Assembly (NCBI GenBank): GCA_024644045.1
Contig: JAHELT010000007.1
Span: 36-64,035, forward strand
Direction of reading: 5' to 3'
Length of the DNA: 64,000 nucleotides
Source: Chromatiales bacterium
GTDB lineage: Bacteria; Pseudomonadota; Gammaproteobacteria; JAHELT01
The notes under the pieces: model-generated
What the model saw: only the letters and a program-made list of their open reading frames with translations
Databases searched by the model: none
What the model was told of the DNA's origin: nothing
In this document: piece by piece, positions 40,632-49,417 of the stretch
Layout of the letters: each line of letters begins with the position of its first letter
Position numbering within the stretch: the stretch's first letter is position 1
Program-made: the position numbers and the translations under genes

Positions 40632-42020
40632 GTGCGGCGGCCGCGGATCACGCCTAGCGGTACCGTTCCGGTGGCTGCCGTCGGGATGGTCCGCCGCGCG
40701 CACCGCTGGCTGGCCGGGCACAGGGACACCGAGCGCCTGCCGGCGCGGGTGACCGATGCCATAGAGCGGCAACAGCAGGCCAGCGAAATCCTCATCGGCT
40801 GGATCCAGTTCGGCATCCTGGCAACCTTTGCCGCACTCTACACGCTGTCGCCGAAGACCTTCACCGAGGACGCCGATTTCGCGCCCGTGCCCTGGGCGCT
40901 GGCGATTTACTTCGCATTCACGGTGGTGCGCCTGATGCTTGCACATGCGCGGCGCGTGCCGTACTGGATGCTGGTCGTGTCGGTGATTGCAGACATGGGA
41001 TTGCTGCTGGGTCTTATCTGGACCTTCCATCTGCAATACGAACAGCCTGCATCGTTTTACCTGAAGGCACCCACGCTGCTGTATGTGTTCATTTTCATCG
41101 CCCTGCGCGCCCTGCGTTTCGAGGCGGGTTTCGTCGTGCTGTCCGGCCTGGTCGCGGCCGCCGGCTGGCTGCTGCTCGTCTGGTACGCTACCAGCGTCGA
41201 TCCCCGGGACACGATGATCACACGCGACTATGTCGAATACATGACGTCCAACAGCGTGCTGCTGGGGGCGGAGTTCGACAAGGTGATATCGATTCTGATG
41301 GTCACCGCGATCATCAGCGTGGCGATCGCCAGGGCCCGCGGGCTGCTGGTGCGCTCGGTGGTCGACAGCAGCACCGCCCGCGATCTGTCCAAGTTCGTCC
41401 CGTCCGAGGTCGCCGAGCGGATCGCCGCCGCCGACGTCGCCGTGGCGGTCGGCCAGGGCGAGACCCGCGAAGCGACGATCCTGTTCGCCGACATCGAGGG
41501 CTTCACCACGCTCAGCGAACGGTTGACGCCGGAACAGCTGATCAGCACCCTGAACGAGTACTTCGCGGTGGTGGCCGAACCGCTGCGAACTTACGGTGGC
41601 GCCATCAACCAGTTTCAAGGCGATGCCATTCTCGCCACCTTCAACGTACCCACCGAGAACCCGCAACACGCCTCCAACGCGGTCCGCGCCGCGCTGGAAA
41701 TACAGCGCGCGCTGCGCGGACGCCGGTTCGGGGACGGCATCGAGATGCGCGCGCGCATCGGAATCAACACCGGGACCGTGATCGGGGGTATGGTCGGGAC
41801 CCCGGACCGGCTGGGTTACACCGTGCACGGGGACGACGTGAACCTGGCGGCGCGCCTGGAGACCCTGAACAAGGACTACGGCACGCACATCCTGGTGTCG
41901 GCCAGCACGGTAGCCCTGGCCGGGGACCTGGCGGCCGCGTTTCAGGTGCTCGGCGAAGTCAGGGTTCGCGGCAAACGCGGGGCGACGCTCATCTACACCG
42001 TGGACTGGCCCGGGGACTGA
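40632..42020 (+). CDS. Membrane-anchored class III adenylate/guanylate cyclase
   Basis: N-terminal ~6 TM helices. C-terminal CHD domain with metal-binding FADIEGFT, substrate/transition-state residues and GINTG/GDDVNLAARLE motifs. Confidence 0.8.
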   Translation: MRRPRITPSGTVPVAAVGMVRRAHRWLAGHRDTERLPARVTDAIERQQQASEILIGWIQFGILATFAALYTLSPKTFTEDADFAPVPWALAIYFAFTVVRLMLAHARRVPYWMLVVSVIADMGLLLGLIWTFHLQYEQPASFYLKAPTLLYVFIFIALRALRFEAGFVVLSGLVAAAGWLLLVWYATSVDPRDTMITRDYVEYMTSNSVLLGAEFDKVISILMVTAIISVAIARARGLLVRSVVDSSTARDLSKFVPSEVAERIAAADVAVAVGQGETREATILFADIEGFTTLSERLTPEQLISTLNEYFAVVAEPLRTYGGAINQFQGDAILATFNVPTENPQHASNAVRAALEIQRALRGRRFGDGIEMRARIGINTGTVIGGMVGTPDRLGYTVHGDDVNLAARLETLNKDYGTHILVSASTVALAGDLAAAFQVLGEVRVRGKRGATLIYTVDWPGD

Positions 42021-42050
42021 GCCGGCTGGGCCGCCGTCGCTCTGCGGCGG

Positions 42051-42740
42051 TCAGGGTGTCGCGCTGAAACCCCGCTCGCGCAGCTCGCTCAGGTAGCGGG
42101 TCACATTGTCACGGGCGGCGGCTTCGCTGCGCCGTTTGAAAAACGGGCTGCAGAAGAACGACCCGCGGTTGAGCAGGGATTCCAGAAACCGGATCTGCCC
42201 GCTGAAGAATTCGTCATCGGTCATGTGCTGCATCTCGCGCCGCACGGCTTCGCTGTCGCGTTTGAATCGCTCCCAGGGCAGCGCGAAGCTCGACAGATCT
42301 ATGTCCACTACGATCCGCTCGTCAGCGTCCACCGGCTGCGACGGGTGCACGGTGACCATGATCATGGCGTACACGTGTTCGCAGAGGGCCGCGTCCAGAT
42401 CGCTCCGGGCCACGGACCTGAACCATTCGGCGCTGCGCACCTCGTTGTCGGGTCCGGGCGTTTCGTAGATGGCATCGTGGAACCAGAGTGCGAGTTCCAC
42501 CGCGTCCGGGTCGTGAAGGTCGCCGCGCGCCAGGTCGAACTGCTCGAGGCAGTGGCGGATATGATCCGGCGTGTGGTAACAACGGTGCGGTTCGCGGTAG
42601 CGCTCCAGCAGCCGTTCGAACACCTCCGATCCGTCGCTCCCCGGGGCGCCGCCGGCGCAGCGCTTCCATAGCGCACGGAAACGTTCCCGATCCAGACCCT
42701 GATCCGACTGAGAGCTTGTGGCGTGCGTGGCTAATGCCAT
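42051..42740 (-). CDS. HD-domain-like metal-dependent phosphohydrolase family protein (uncharacterised)
   Basis: 229 aa. Contains H...HD-type motif (YHTPDHIRH...LALWFHDAIY). Confidence 0.45.
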   Translation of the reverse strand: MALATHATSSQSDQGLDRERFRALWKRCAGGAPGSDGSEVFERLLERYREPHRCYHTPDHIRHCLEQFDLARGDLHDPDAVELALWFHDAIYETPGPDNEVRSAEWFRSVARSDLDAALCEHVYAMIMVTVHPSQPVDADERIVVDIDLSSFALPWERFKRDSEAVRREMQHMTDDEFFSGQIRFLESLLNRGSFFCSPFFKRRSEAAARDNVTRYLSELRERGFSATP

Positions 42741-43024
42741 GGTTTACCCCGACTTTCCCTTGCCCTCACGCTCGGCACCCGACGTCAGAAAGAGTCTAAG
42801 GTGGCGCACGTCGTGGCGTCAATGTGGTCGTGTACAGCGAAAACTGCCCCGATTTCAGTGACGTAATCCATAATTCTTGAAAGATTCGAGATTTTCACCG
42901 CTTGTTATCGGCAAATCGCCGCGGATTCTGAATCGCCGGTCGCCGCCCGCGGCCCCCCGGCGCTAGGGCATCCCGGCTCGGGTTGCTAACATTCGGCGCC
43001 CCGGGCCCGCGGAACCTGCAAACG

Positions 43025-44098
43025 ATGCGCATCACGTCGATCGACTGGCGCTGCGAAGACATGGCATTGAGCAAGCCGTACTCGATCGCCTTTCGCACGG
43101 TCAGCGAAGTCAGCAACGTAATCGTGCTGATGCGCACGGACTCGGGCGCACTCGGCCTCGGCGCCGGTTCGCCGGAGCCGCACGTGACGGGCGAGACGCT
43201 GCAGGCCTGCACGGGCGCGCTGGACGAGCATGCGCCCGCACTGATCGGCGCAGCGCCGCTGGAACTGGTTCGCAACTGCCGGATGCTGCAGAGCCCGCTG
43301 GCGCGCTTTCCGGCCGCCCGCGCCGCGCTCGATATGGCCTTGCATGATCTGTTCGGGCAATGCCTCGGCAAACCGCTGGTCGAGATTCTCGGTCGTGCGC
43401 ACGGCGGCCTGCCGACCTCGGTCACGGTAGGCATCAAGGAAGCCGAGGCGGCCATCGCGGAGGCGCAAGCGTACCTGGCTGCCGGGTTTCGCATACTCAA
43501 GGTCAAGCTCGGTGACGACATAGAGGACGATCTCGAGCGCCTGCGCCTGATGCGTGAGCGCCTGGGACGCGGCTATCGGGTGCGCGTGGACCCCAATCAG
43601 GGCTACGACCTGGCGCAGCTGCAGCGCCTGCTTGCGCAGAGCGAGGCCCTGGGGCTGGAGTTTGTCGAGCAGCCGCTGCCGGTTGGGGACGGGCCCGCGC
43701 TCCGCCGGCTGCCCGCCGAACAGCGCGAACGCCTGGCCGCAGATGAGGCGTTGCTGAGCGAAAACGATGCATTGCGATTGACCGAAGCGCCACGCCCTTA
43801 CGGGATCTGGAACATCAAGCTGATGAAATGCGGCGGCGTCCATCCGGCGCGGCGCATCGCCGATCTGGCTGAAACGGCCGGCATCGAGCTGATGTGGGGC
43901 TGCATGGACGAGAGCGTGATCAGCATCAGTGCGGCCCTGCATGCAGCCCTGGCTTCGCCCGCCACACGCTATCTCGATCTGGACGGCAGCCTGGACCTGG
44001 CGCGGGACGTGGCCACGGGCGGGTTCCAGCTGCGTGACGGGATAATGGACACCACGGGACAACCCGGACTGGGTGTGCGACTGACAGCCGGCGACTAG
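43025..44098 (+). CDS. Dipeptide (L-Ala-D/L-Glu type) epimerase, enolase superfamily
   Basis: MR_MLE N- and C-terminal domains. Catalytic Lys-x-Lys (FRILKVKLG), metal ligands in VDPNQGYD...EFVEQP...ADEAL, and second Lys (NIKLMKCGG). Confidence 0.8.
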   Translation: MRITSIDWRCEDMALSKPYSIAFRTVSEVSNVIVLMRTDSGALGLGAGSPEPHVTGETLQACTGALDEHAPALIGAAPLELVRNCRMLQSPLARFPAARAALDMALHDLFGQCLGKPLVEILGRAHGGLPTSVTVGIKEAEAAIAEAQAYLAAGFRILKVKLGDDIEDDLERLRLMRERLGRGYRVRVDPNQGYDLAQLQRLLAQSEALGLEFVEQPLPVGDGPALRRLPAEQRERLAADEALLSENDALRLTEAPRPYGIWNIKLMKCGGVHPARRIADLAETAGIELMWGCMDESVISISAALHAALASPATRYLDLDGSLDLARDVATGGFQLRDGIMDTTGQPGLGVRLTAGD

Positions 44099-44119
44099 CG
44101 CGGCCGCGCTGCGCCGGGG

Positions 44120-44344
44120 CTAGCGCGACGCGCTGGGGCTGGGGCGGGTAAACAGCGCATGCGCGCCCTTGACCAGCAGCGCCGGCCACAGGCACATCCA
44201 GACGATGGAATGAATCACGCTGTGCGGACGCTCCACCAACGCGCGGCTGACGGCCAGCACCAGCACCACACATCCGACCGTCACCCATAGATTGGCCGCG
44301 AGCAGCCACGGCAGGGCGGTCAGCAACTCACTCATAGTCAACAC
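44120..44344 (-). CDS. Small hydrophobic membrane protein (hypothetical)
   Basis: 74 aa with two predicted TM segments. Might be spurious. Confidence 0.3.
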   Translation of the reverse strand: MLTMSELLTALPWLLAANLWVTVGCVVLVLAVSRALVERPHSVIHSIVWMCLWPALLVKGAHALFTRPSPSASR

Positions 44345-44587
44345 CTCTCGCCAACGATGCGTCGTTTTATTGGCGCACAGCGCTTCTGCGAGCGCTTTAC
44401 CGAGGACTGGCGCGCTGACGGCGCGCGGCGGCCGGATGGCCGACGCCCGATTGTAAATAATTTCGACGTAACATCAAGCCACCAGGGACTGCGCGGCACG
44501 GCACGGCCCTTGCCCGCCGGGAGCCATTTGCCCGACGGCGGCGGCGGCGATTATGCTGCGGGGCCGTCGGTCACTCCGGATTCGCCC

Positions 44588-45907
44588 GTGCCCCGCTACG
44601 AATCGCAGCACTGGAATCGCCGCGTCGCCGGTCTCGCCGGGCCGATCATCCTCTCCAACCTGTCAGTCCCGCTGGTCGGCGCCGTCGACACCGCCGTGGT
44701 CGGGCACCTCGAGGACCCCGTGTACCTGGGCGCGGTGGCGTTGGGCGCGGTGATTTTCGGCTTCGTCTTCTGGAGCTTCGGCTTCCTGCGCATGAGCACC
44801 TCGGGACTGACAGCGCAGGCGCTGGGGCGCGACGACACAACCGAGGTGCGCGCAATCCTGTGCCGGGCGCTGCTGATCGCGGCCGCCTGCGGCCTGCTGC
44901 TGATCCTGCTGCAGTGGCCGCTGGGCCGGGGTGCGCTGGCGCTGACCGAGGCGCGCGCCACCCTGCTCGAGGAGACGTTTATCTATTTCCAGATCCGGGT
45001 ATGGGGCGCGCCGGCGACCCTGGCCAACTACGCCGTGCTCGGCTGCCTGATCGGCCTGCAGCGCACCGGCGCGGCGCTGGTTCACCAGCTGACGCTGAAC
45101 GTCACCAACATGGTGCTCGACGTGTGGTTCGTTCACGGCCTGCACATGCACACCGCGGGCGTCGCCGGCGCCTCGGTCATCGCCGAGTTCGTCGCCGCGG
45201 GCGCGGGCCTGATGCTGGTGGCCGGCCAGCTGCCCCACCCGTTTGGGGTGCCCGCAGCGCGCCTGCTGGAGCGCACCCGGTTGCGGGAGCTCCTGATCAT
45301 GAACGTGAACATTGCGCTGCGTACCCTGTGCCTGACGGCGGCTTTTTTCTACTTCACCGCGCTCGGCACGCGGATGGGCGACGAGACCCTGGCCGCCAAC
45401 GCCGTGCTGCTGCATTTCCAGCATTTTCTGGCGTACGGCCTGGACGGGTTCGCACACGCCGCCGAGACGCTTGCCGGCAATGCCTACGGCGGTAAGCGCG
45501 GCCGCGAGTTTCGTGCCGCGGTCAGCGCATCGACCCGCCTGGCGGTGCTCGTCGCCTCGGGCTACACCCTGGCTTATGCCCTGGCGGGGCCCCTGCTCGT
45601 GGATCTGATGACCGATATCGAGGCGGTACGGCGGATCGCCTACGCCCATCTGCCGTGGCTCATCGCCGCACCCCTGCTGTCGGTGTGGAGTTTCCAGCTC
45701 GACGGTATCTTCATCGGCACGACGCGCACGCGCGAAATGCGCAACGCCATGCTGTGGAGCCTCGGCGGGTTCATCGTATGCAGCCTGCCGCTGGTGCACT
45801 ACTTCGGCAATCACGGATTGTGGGGCGCAATGATGCTGTTCATGTGCCTGCGCGCGCTGACCCTGGGCTACCACTACCCCGCGCTGCGACGCGCAGCCGC
45901 CGCGTAG
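44588..45907 (+). CDS. MATE family efflux transporter
   Basis: AGLAGPIILSNLSVPLVGAVDTAVVGHL is the conserved MATE N-terminal motif. 12 TM helices. GTG start chosen at 44588. An ATG further upstream (44357) would add a non-conserved 77-aa leader. Confidence 0.75.
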   Translation: MPRYESQHWNRRVAGLAGPIILSNLSVPLVGAVDTAVVGHLEDPVYLGAVALGAVIFGFVFWSFGFLRMSTSGLTAQALGRDDTTEVRAILCRALLIAAACGLLLILLQWPLGRGALALTEARATLLEETFIYFQIRVWGAPATLANYAVLGCLIGLQRTGAALVHQLTLNVTNMVLDVWFVHGLHMHTAGVAGASVIAEFVAAGAGLMLVAGQLPHPFGVPAARLLERTRLRELLIMNVNIALRTLCLTAAFFYFTALGTRMGDETLAANAVLLHFQHFLAYGLDGFAHAAETLAGNAYGGKRGREFRAAVSASTRLAVLVASGYTLAYALAGPLLVDLMTDIEAVRRIAYAHLPWLIAAPLLSVWSFQLDGIFIGTTRTREMRNAMLWSLGGFIVCSLPLVHYFGNHGLWGAMMLFMCLRALTLGYHYPALRRAAAA

Positions 45908-46178
45908 CGGCGCGCGCGAAAAAGGAGTAGATTTACGGGGCTTTTGTGAACCGCATGGTTGCAACCGTGCGCCATGACCGTGCCACCAGGTTTGACCTCG
46001 TTCACATTTCGGCTGCACGGCCATGCGGTACACTTTGGCGCTCAAACGGATACACGCACCCCAGAACACGTTCAGCGTGCCGGGGCTTTAGTTGAGAGTG
46101 TGATCGCGCTTGGCGAAAGCGCGCTGTTGTGCGGATACACGGACGTTCAAAGGCCGAGGTGTATGAAGAGGTAGTTGT

Positions 46179-47675
46179 ATGGGGAAACTGGCAAGGTTAG
46201 CCGATAAAGCGACTATTGCTTATCTCATCGGCGCGGCGGCTTTGGCTTTTCTCGGTTACGTCTGGATCGTCGCTTTTCCCGTCGCCGCGTTCGTGCTGGC
46301 CATCAAGATTCCGCTCTCCATGTGGCACGCGGAGAAAAGCAGCGACTGGCTGACGGTAGGCGCGCTGACCGCCTGCATGGCGGTGTGCGTCTGGATCACG
46401 ATTGATCTGGTGCGCACCCGCATCCGCACCCCCGGCGGCCAACCGCTGTCGCGCGAGCGCTACCCGGAACTGTGGGCCAAACTCGATCAGCTGGCGGTCG
46501 AATACAACGCCAAGCCGATCGACCAGGTGCGTCTGAACAACCGCTTCGACCTGGAGATCGAGCGCACACCGACCAGCGGTCTGCCCGCGCAGCATACGCA
46601 CTCGCTGCTCATCGGGTTGCCGTTACTGCAGGCGGTGTCCGCCGACCATCTGTCCGTGCTGCTCGCACGCAAGATCAGCATGTTGCCGCGACTGACCAAC
46701 TGGCCGACGGGCTGGCTGTATCATCTGCGCTCGAGCTGGCACCGTTACAGCAAAGACTTCCAGGGCTGGACGCCGGGCAAGCTGGTGATGACAGCCTGGT
46801 TCAGCTGGTACGCACCGTTGTACATACGCTACTCGATGTATGTCGCGCGCCGCTGCGAGCTCAATGCCGATCGAAACGCCCTGCGGACCCACGATGAGTG
46901 GTCGGTCGAGGAAGCGATCACTACCTGCGCAGTGCACAAAGCGTTCGTCGAAAAGAAGCTCTGGCCGGCGCTGCTGCGCATGAGCCAGAAGTACCCCAAC
47001 CCGCCGTTGCTGCCGTTCCGCAACATGCAGACACTGATCGAGAAAGAGCTCGACCGCGATCGGGCGCACCGATTGCTCGACGGGCTGTTGAATGCAAAAA
47101 GTCTGGACGATACCCATATGCCAACGCTGCGTCAGCGCTGGCGATCGCTGTCACACAACCGTCCGCGGGTATCCACACCGATGCGCAGCAGCGCCGCGCA
47201 GCGTTACCTGAAATCGACGCTCAAGCCGCTGCAGGAAATGTACGACAAGCTCTGGCTGCGTTCGCACCTGCCGAAATGGAGAGAGCGCAATGCACGCGCC
47301 CGCAATGACCGCCAGCGTCTGCAGGAGCTGCTCGAGCAGGTGCCGAAGGACCTGCTGTCCAACGACGAAATCTGGGAATGCACCCTGCTGGTGCGCCAGT
47401 ACATGGGCCAGAAAAAATCCATCGAGCTGTACAAGGCGCTGCTGGCCACCGAACCCCAGGATCCGCGCGTGTACTTCAACATCGGCAGCTTCCTGCTCAG
47501 CTGCCGCGATGCTCAGGGCGTGGACGCACTGGAGACGGCGATGAGCATGGACGGACGCTTCACGCCCGATGCGTGCGAGCTGATTTCGGAGTTCATGAGC
47601 TTCACGGGTGAGCGCCGCAAGGCGAAGACGTTTCAACAACGCGCGATTCAGTACTCCGACGAAGCGGTCGCCTGA
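46179..47675 (+). CDS. Hypothetical membrane protein with C-terminal TPR-like region
   Basis: 498 aa. Two N-terminal TM helices, basic/Trp-rich middle, C-terminal TPR-like helices. No HExxH motif. Confidence 0.5.
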   Translation: MGKLARLADKATIAYLIGAAALAFLGYVWIVAFPVAAFVLAIKIPLSMWHAEKSSDWLTVGALTACMAVCVWITIDLVRTRIRTPGGQPLSRERYPELWAKLDQLAVEYNAKPIDQVRLNNRFDLEIERTPTSGLPAQHTHSLLIGLPLLQAVSADHLSVLLARKISMLPRLTNWPTGWLYHLRSSWHRYSKDFQGWTPGKLVMTAWFSWYAPLYIRYSMYVARRCELNADRNALRTHDEWSVEEAITTCAVHKAFVEKKLWPALLRMSQKYPNPPLLPFRNMQTLIEKELDRDRAHRLLDGLLNAKSLDDTHMPTLRQRWRSLSHNRPRVSTPMRSSAAQRYLKSTLKPLQEMYDKLWLRSHLPKWRERNARARNDRQRLQELLEQVPKDLLSNDEIWECTLLVRQYMGQKKSIELYKALLATEPQDPRVYFNIGSFLLSCRDAQGVDALETAMSMDGRFTPDACELISEFMSFTGERRKAKTFQQRAIQYSDEAVA

Positions 47676-47905
47676 CGGCAGCCGGCCAGAGCCGTTGCCG
47701 TCGTTCACCGCGGGGCACGCGGTTCTCCTGGCGGTCCAGCACCCCGCGGCTCTTGCCCGGCGCCGGGCTGCAGGGTGGGAACCACCCCCATGTTTGACGC
47801 GGCAGGCGCGCAGGGGCCCGATCTCCTCCTCATCCTGCATTTCGGGCAGCGCGCCGCCACATGAGGGCGGTCCCACGATCGGCGGCCGGTCGGCGATCGG
47901 CGTGT

Positions 47906-48241
47906 TTACCAGTAGTGGCTGCGGCGGTGGCGGCTAGGATAGCCGTGGTAGTGATAGTAGTAGGCAGGCGGCGCGTAGTACGGGTAGTAGGGATAGGCCG
48001 GACGCGGGCGATGCCCCTGGCGATGCCCCTGGCGATGCCCATGGCGGTGCCTGCGCTGGTGCCGGTGACCGTTCCGGTAGGCGCGCCCATCGCCGCGCCT
48101 ATGCCCGTCGTGGCGCTGCGCCCGGCCCTGACCGTGACCGGTCTCGAAGATCGCGGACGCGTCCGCGTTCAAACCGTGGGCGGCGCCGAAGGCGGGTACC
48201 AGCAGCGCGCCGCATAGCAGTAATCCAACTGAGCTCTTCAT
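47906..48241 (-). CDS. Small secreted His/Arg/Gly/Tyr-rich low-complexity protein
   Basis: Signal peptide MKSSVGLLLCGALLVPAFGAA. Mature part HRRGDGRAYRNGHRHQRRHRHGHRQGHRQGHRPRPAYPYYPYYAPPAYYYHYHGY. Confidence 0.5.
   Translation of the reverse strand: MKSSVGLLLCGALLVPAFGAAHGLNADASAIFETGHGQGRAQRHDGHRRGDGRAYRNGHRHQRRHRHGHRQGHRQGHRPRPAYPYYPYYAPPAYYYHYHGYPSRHRRSHYW
47990..48060. repeat. Tandem 12-nt repeat (GATGCCCCTGGC-like) encoding the (QGHR)n segment
   Basis: ggcgatgcccctggcgatgcccctggcgatgcccatggcggtgcc seen directly in the sequence. Confidence 0.6.
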
Positions 48242-48403
48242 CAATCCACCCTCGTGGCGAAGTTCGGTGCGCACTCTAGCGGCGGGTCGCTGAACTCAAG
48301 CTGAACACACCGGGCGTATCGCGCGAAATTCGCGGCGGATGCCCTTGATGCGTCAACGTATATTCATTTCAATAGCGGACGCACCGACAACCGGAATCGC
48401 AAC

Positions 48404-49387
48404 GTGTCACGCACAGCCCTGGTATTCGTCGCTCTGCTGCTGGCCCTGGTCGCCAGCGGCGCTTACGCGCTGCTCGCCGGCACGATCAGCATCGAACCGT
48501 CGCAGCTCCTCGGCGTGCTCAGCGGGCGCGAGATCGGGCTCCCGAAACGCGTGGTGCTGGAGCTGCGTCTGCCGCGTGCGCTTGCCGCAGTGACCGTCGG
48601 CGGGCTGCTGGCACTCGCCGGCGTGCTGCTGCAGGTGCTGCTGCGTAACCCGCTGGCGGACCCCTACATTCTCGGCATATCGGGCGGCGCGGCCGTCGGA
48701 GCGCTGGGCGCCATGTTGCTCGGCGCTGGAAGCGGCGTGCTCAGCGGCAGCGCGATGGTCGGTGCACTGCTTTCTATGCTGATGGTGTTCGGCATCGCGC
48801 ACGGCCGCGGCAGCTGGTCCTCGACACGCCTGCTGCTGACCGGTGTGGTGATCGCCGCCGGCTGGGCCGCGCTGGTGAGCTTCATACTGGCGCTCGCCCC
48901 GGAAGCCAATCTACGCGGCATGCTGTTCTGGCTGATGGGCGATCTGAGCCACGATGCGCCGTATTTCCTGGGCATCGGCATGCTGGTGTTCGGCCTGCTG
49001 GCCTCGATGCTGGCCGCGCGCAACCTCAACATCCTGGCGCGCGGCGAAATGCAGGCGGTGGCGCTCGGCGTAAACGCGCGGATTCTGCGCGTGATCGTCT
49101 ACGTCCTGGCCTCCTCGCTGTGCGCAATCGCCGTTACCATCGCCGGCACTATCGGTTTTGTCGGGCTGGTGGTGCCGCACATGCTCCGGCTTGCCGGGAT
49201 CACCGATCACCGGGCACTGATCCCCGCCGCCGTGCTGCTCGGCGGCGCGTTGCTGCTGTTCGCCGACACCCTGGCGCGCACCGTCATGGCGCCTCAACAG
49301 CTGCCGGTCGGCGTCCTGACCGCCATGCTCGGCGTGCCGCTGTTCCTGGTGCTGCTGTACCACGGCACCCGCCACCAGCAGGGTTAG
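48404..49387 (+). CDS. btuC: Cobalamin/iron-siderophore ABC transporter permease (FecCD family)
   Basis: 327 aa FecCD-family permease with conserved GGxxxxG regions. Located in the btuB locus. Confidence 0.8.
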   Translation: MSRTALVFVALLLALVASGAYALLAGTISIEPSQLLGVLSGREIGLPKRVVLELRLPRALAAVTVGGLLALAGVLLQVLLRNPLADPYILGISGGAAVGALGAMLLGAGSGVLSGSAMVGALLSMLMVFGIAHGRGSWSSTRLLLTGVVIAAGWAALVSFILALAPEANLRGMLFWLMGDLSHDAPYFLGIGMLVFGLLASMLAARNLNILARGEMQAVALGVNARILRVIVYVLASSLCAIAVTIAGTIGFVGLVVPHMLRLAGITDHRALIPAAVLLGGALLLFADTLARTVMAPQQLPVGVLTAMLGVPLFLVLLYHGTRHQQG

Positions 49388-49417
49388 CCCGAACGAACCC
49401 GTTAAACCATCGGCGTT

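Noticed and set aside
44663-46069. 468-aa minus-strand ORF antisense to the MATE gene
   Set aside because: Shadow ORF. The MATE reading frame has the conserved family N-terminal motif and 12 TM helices.
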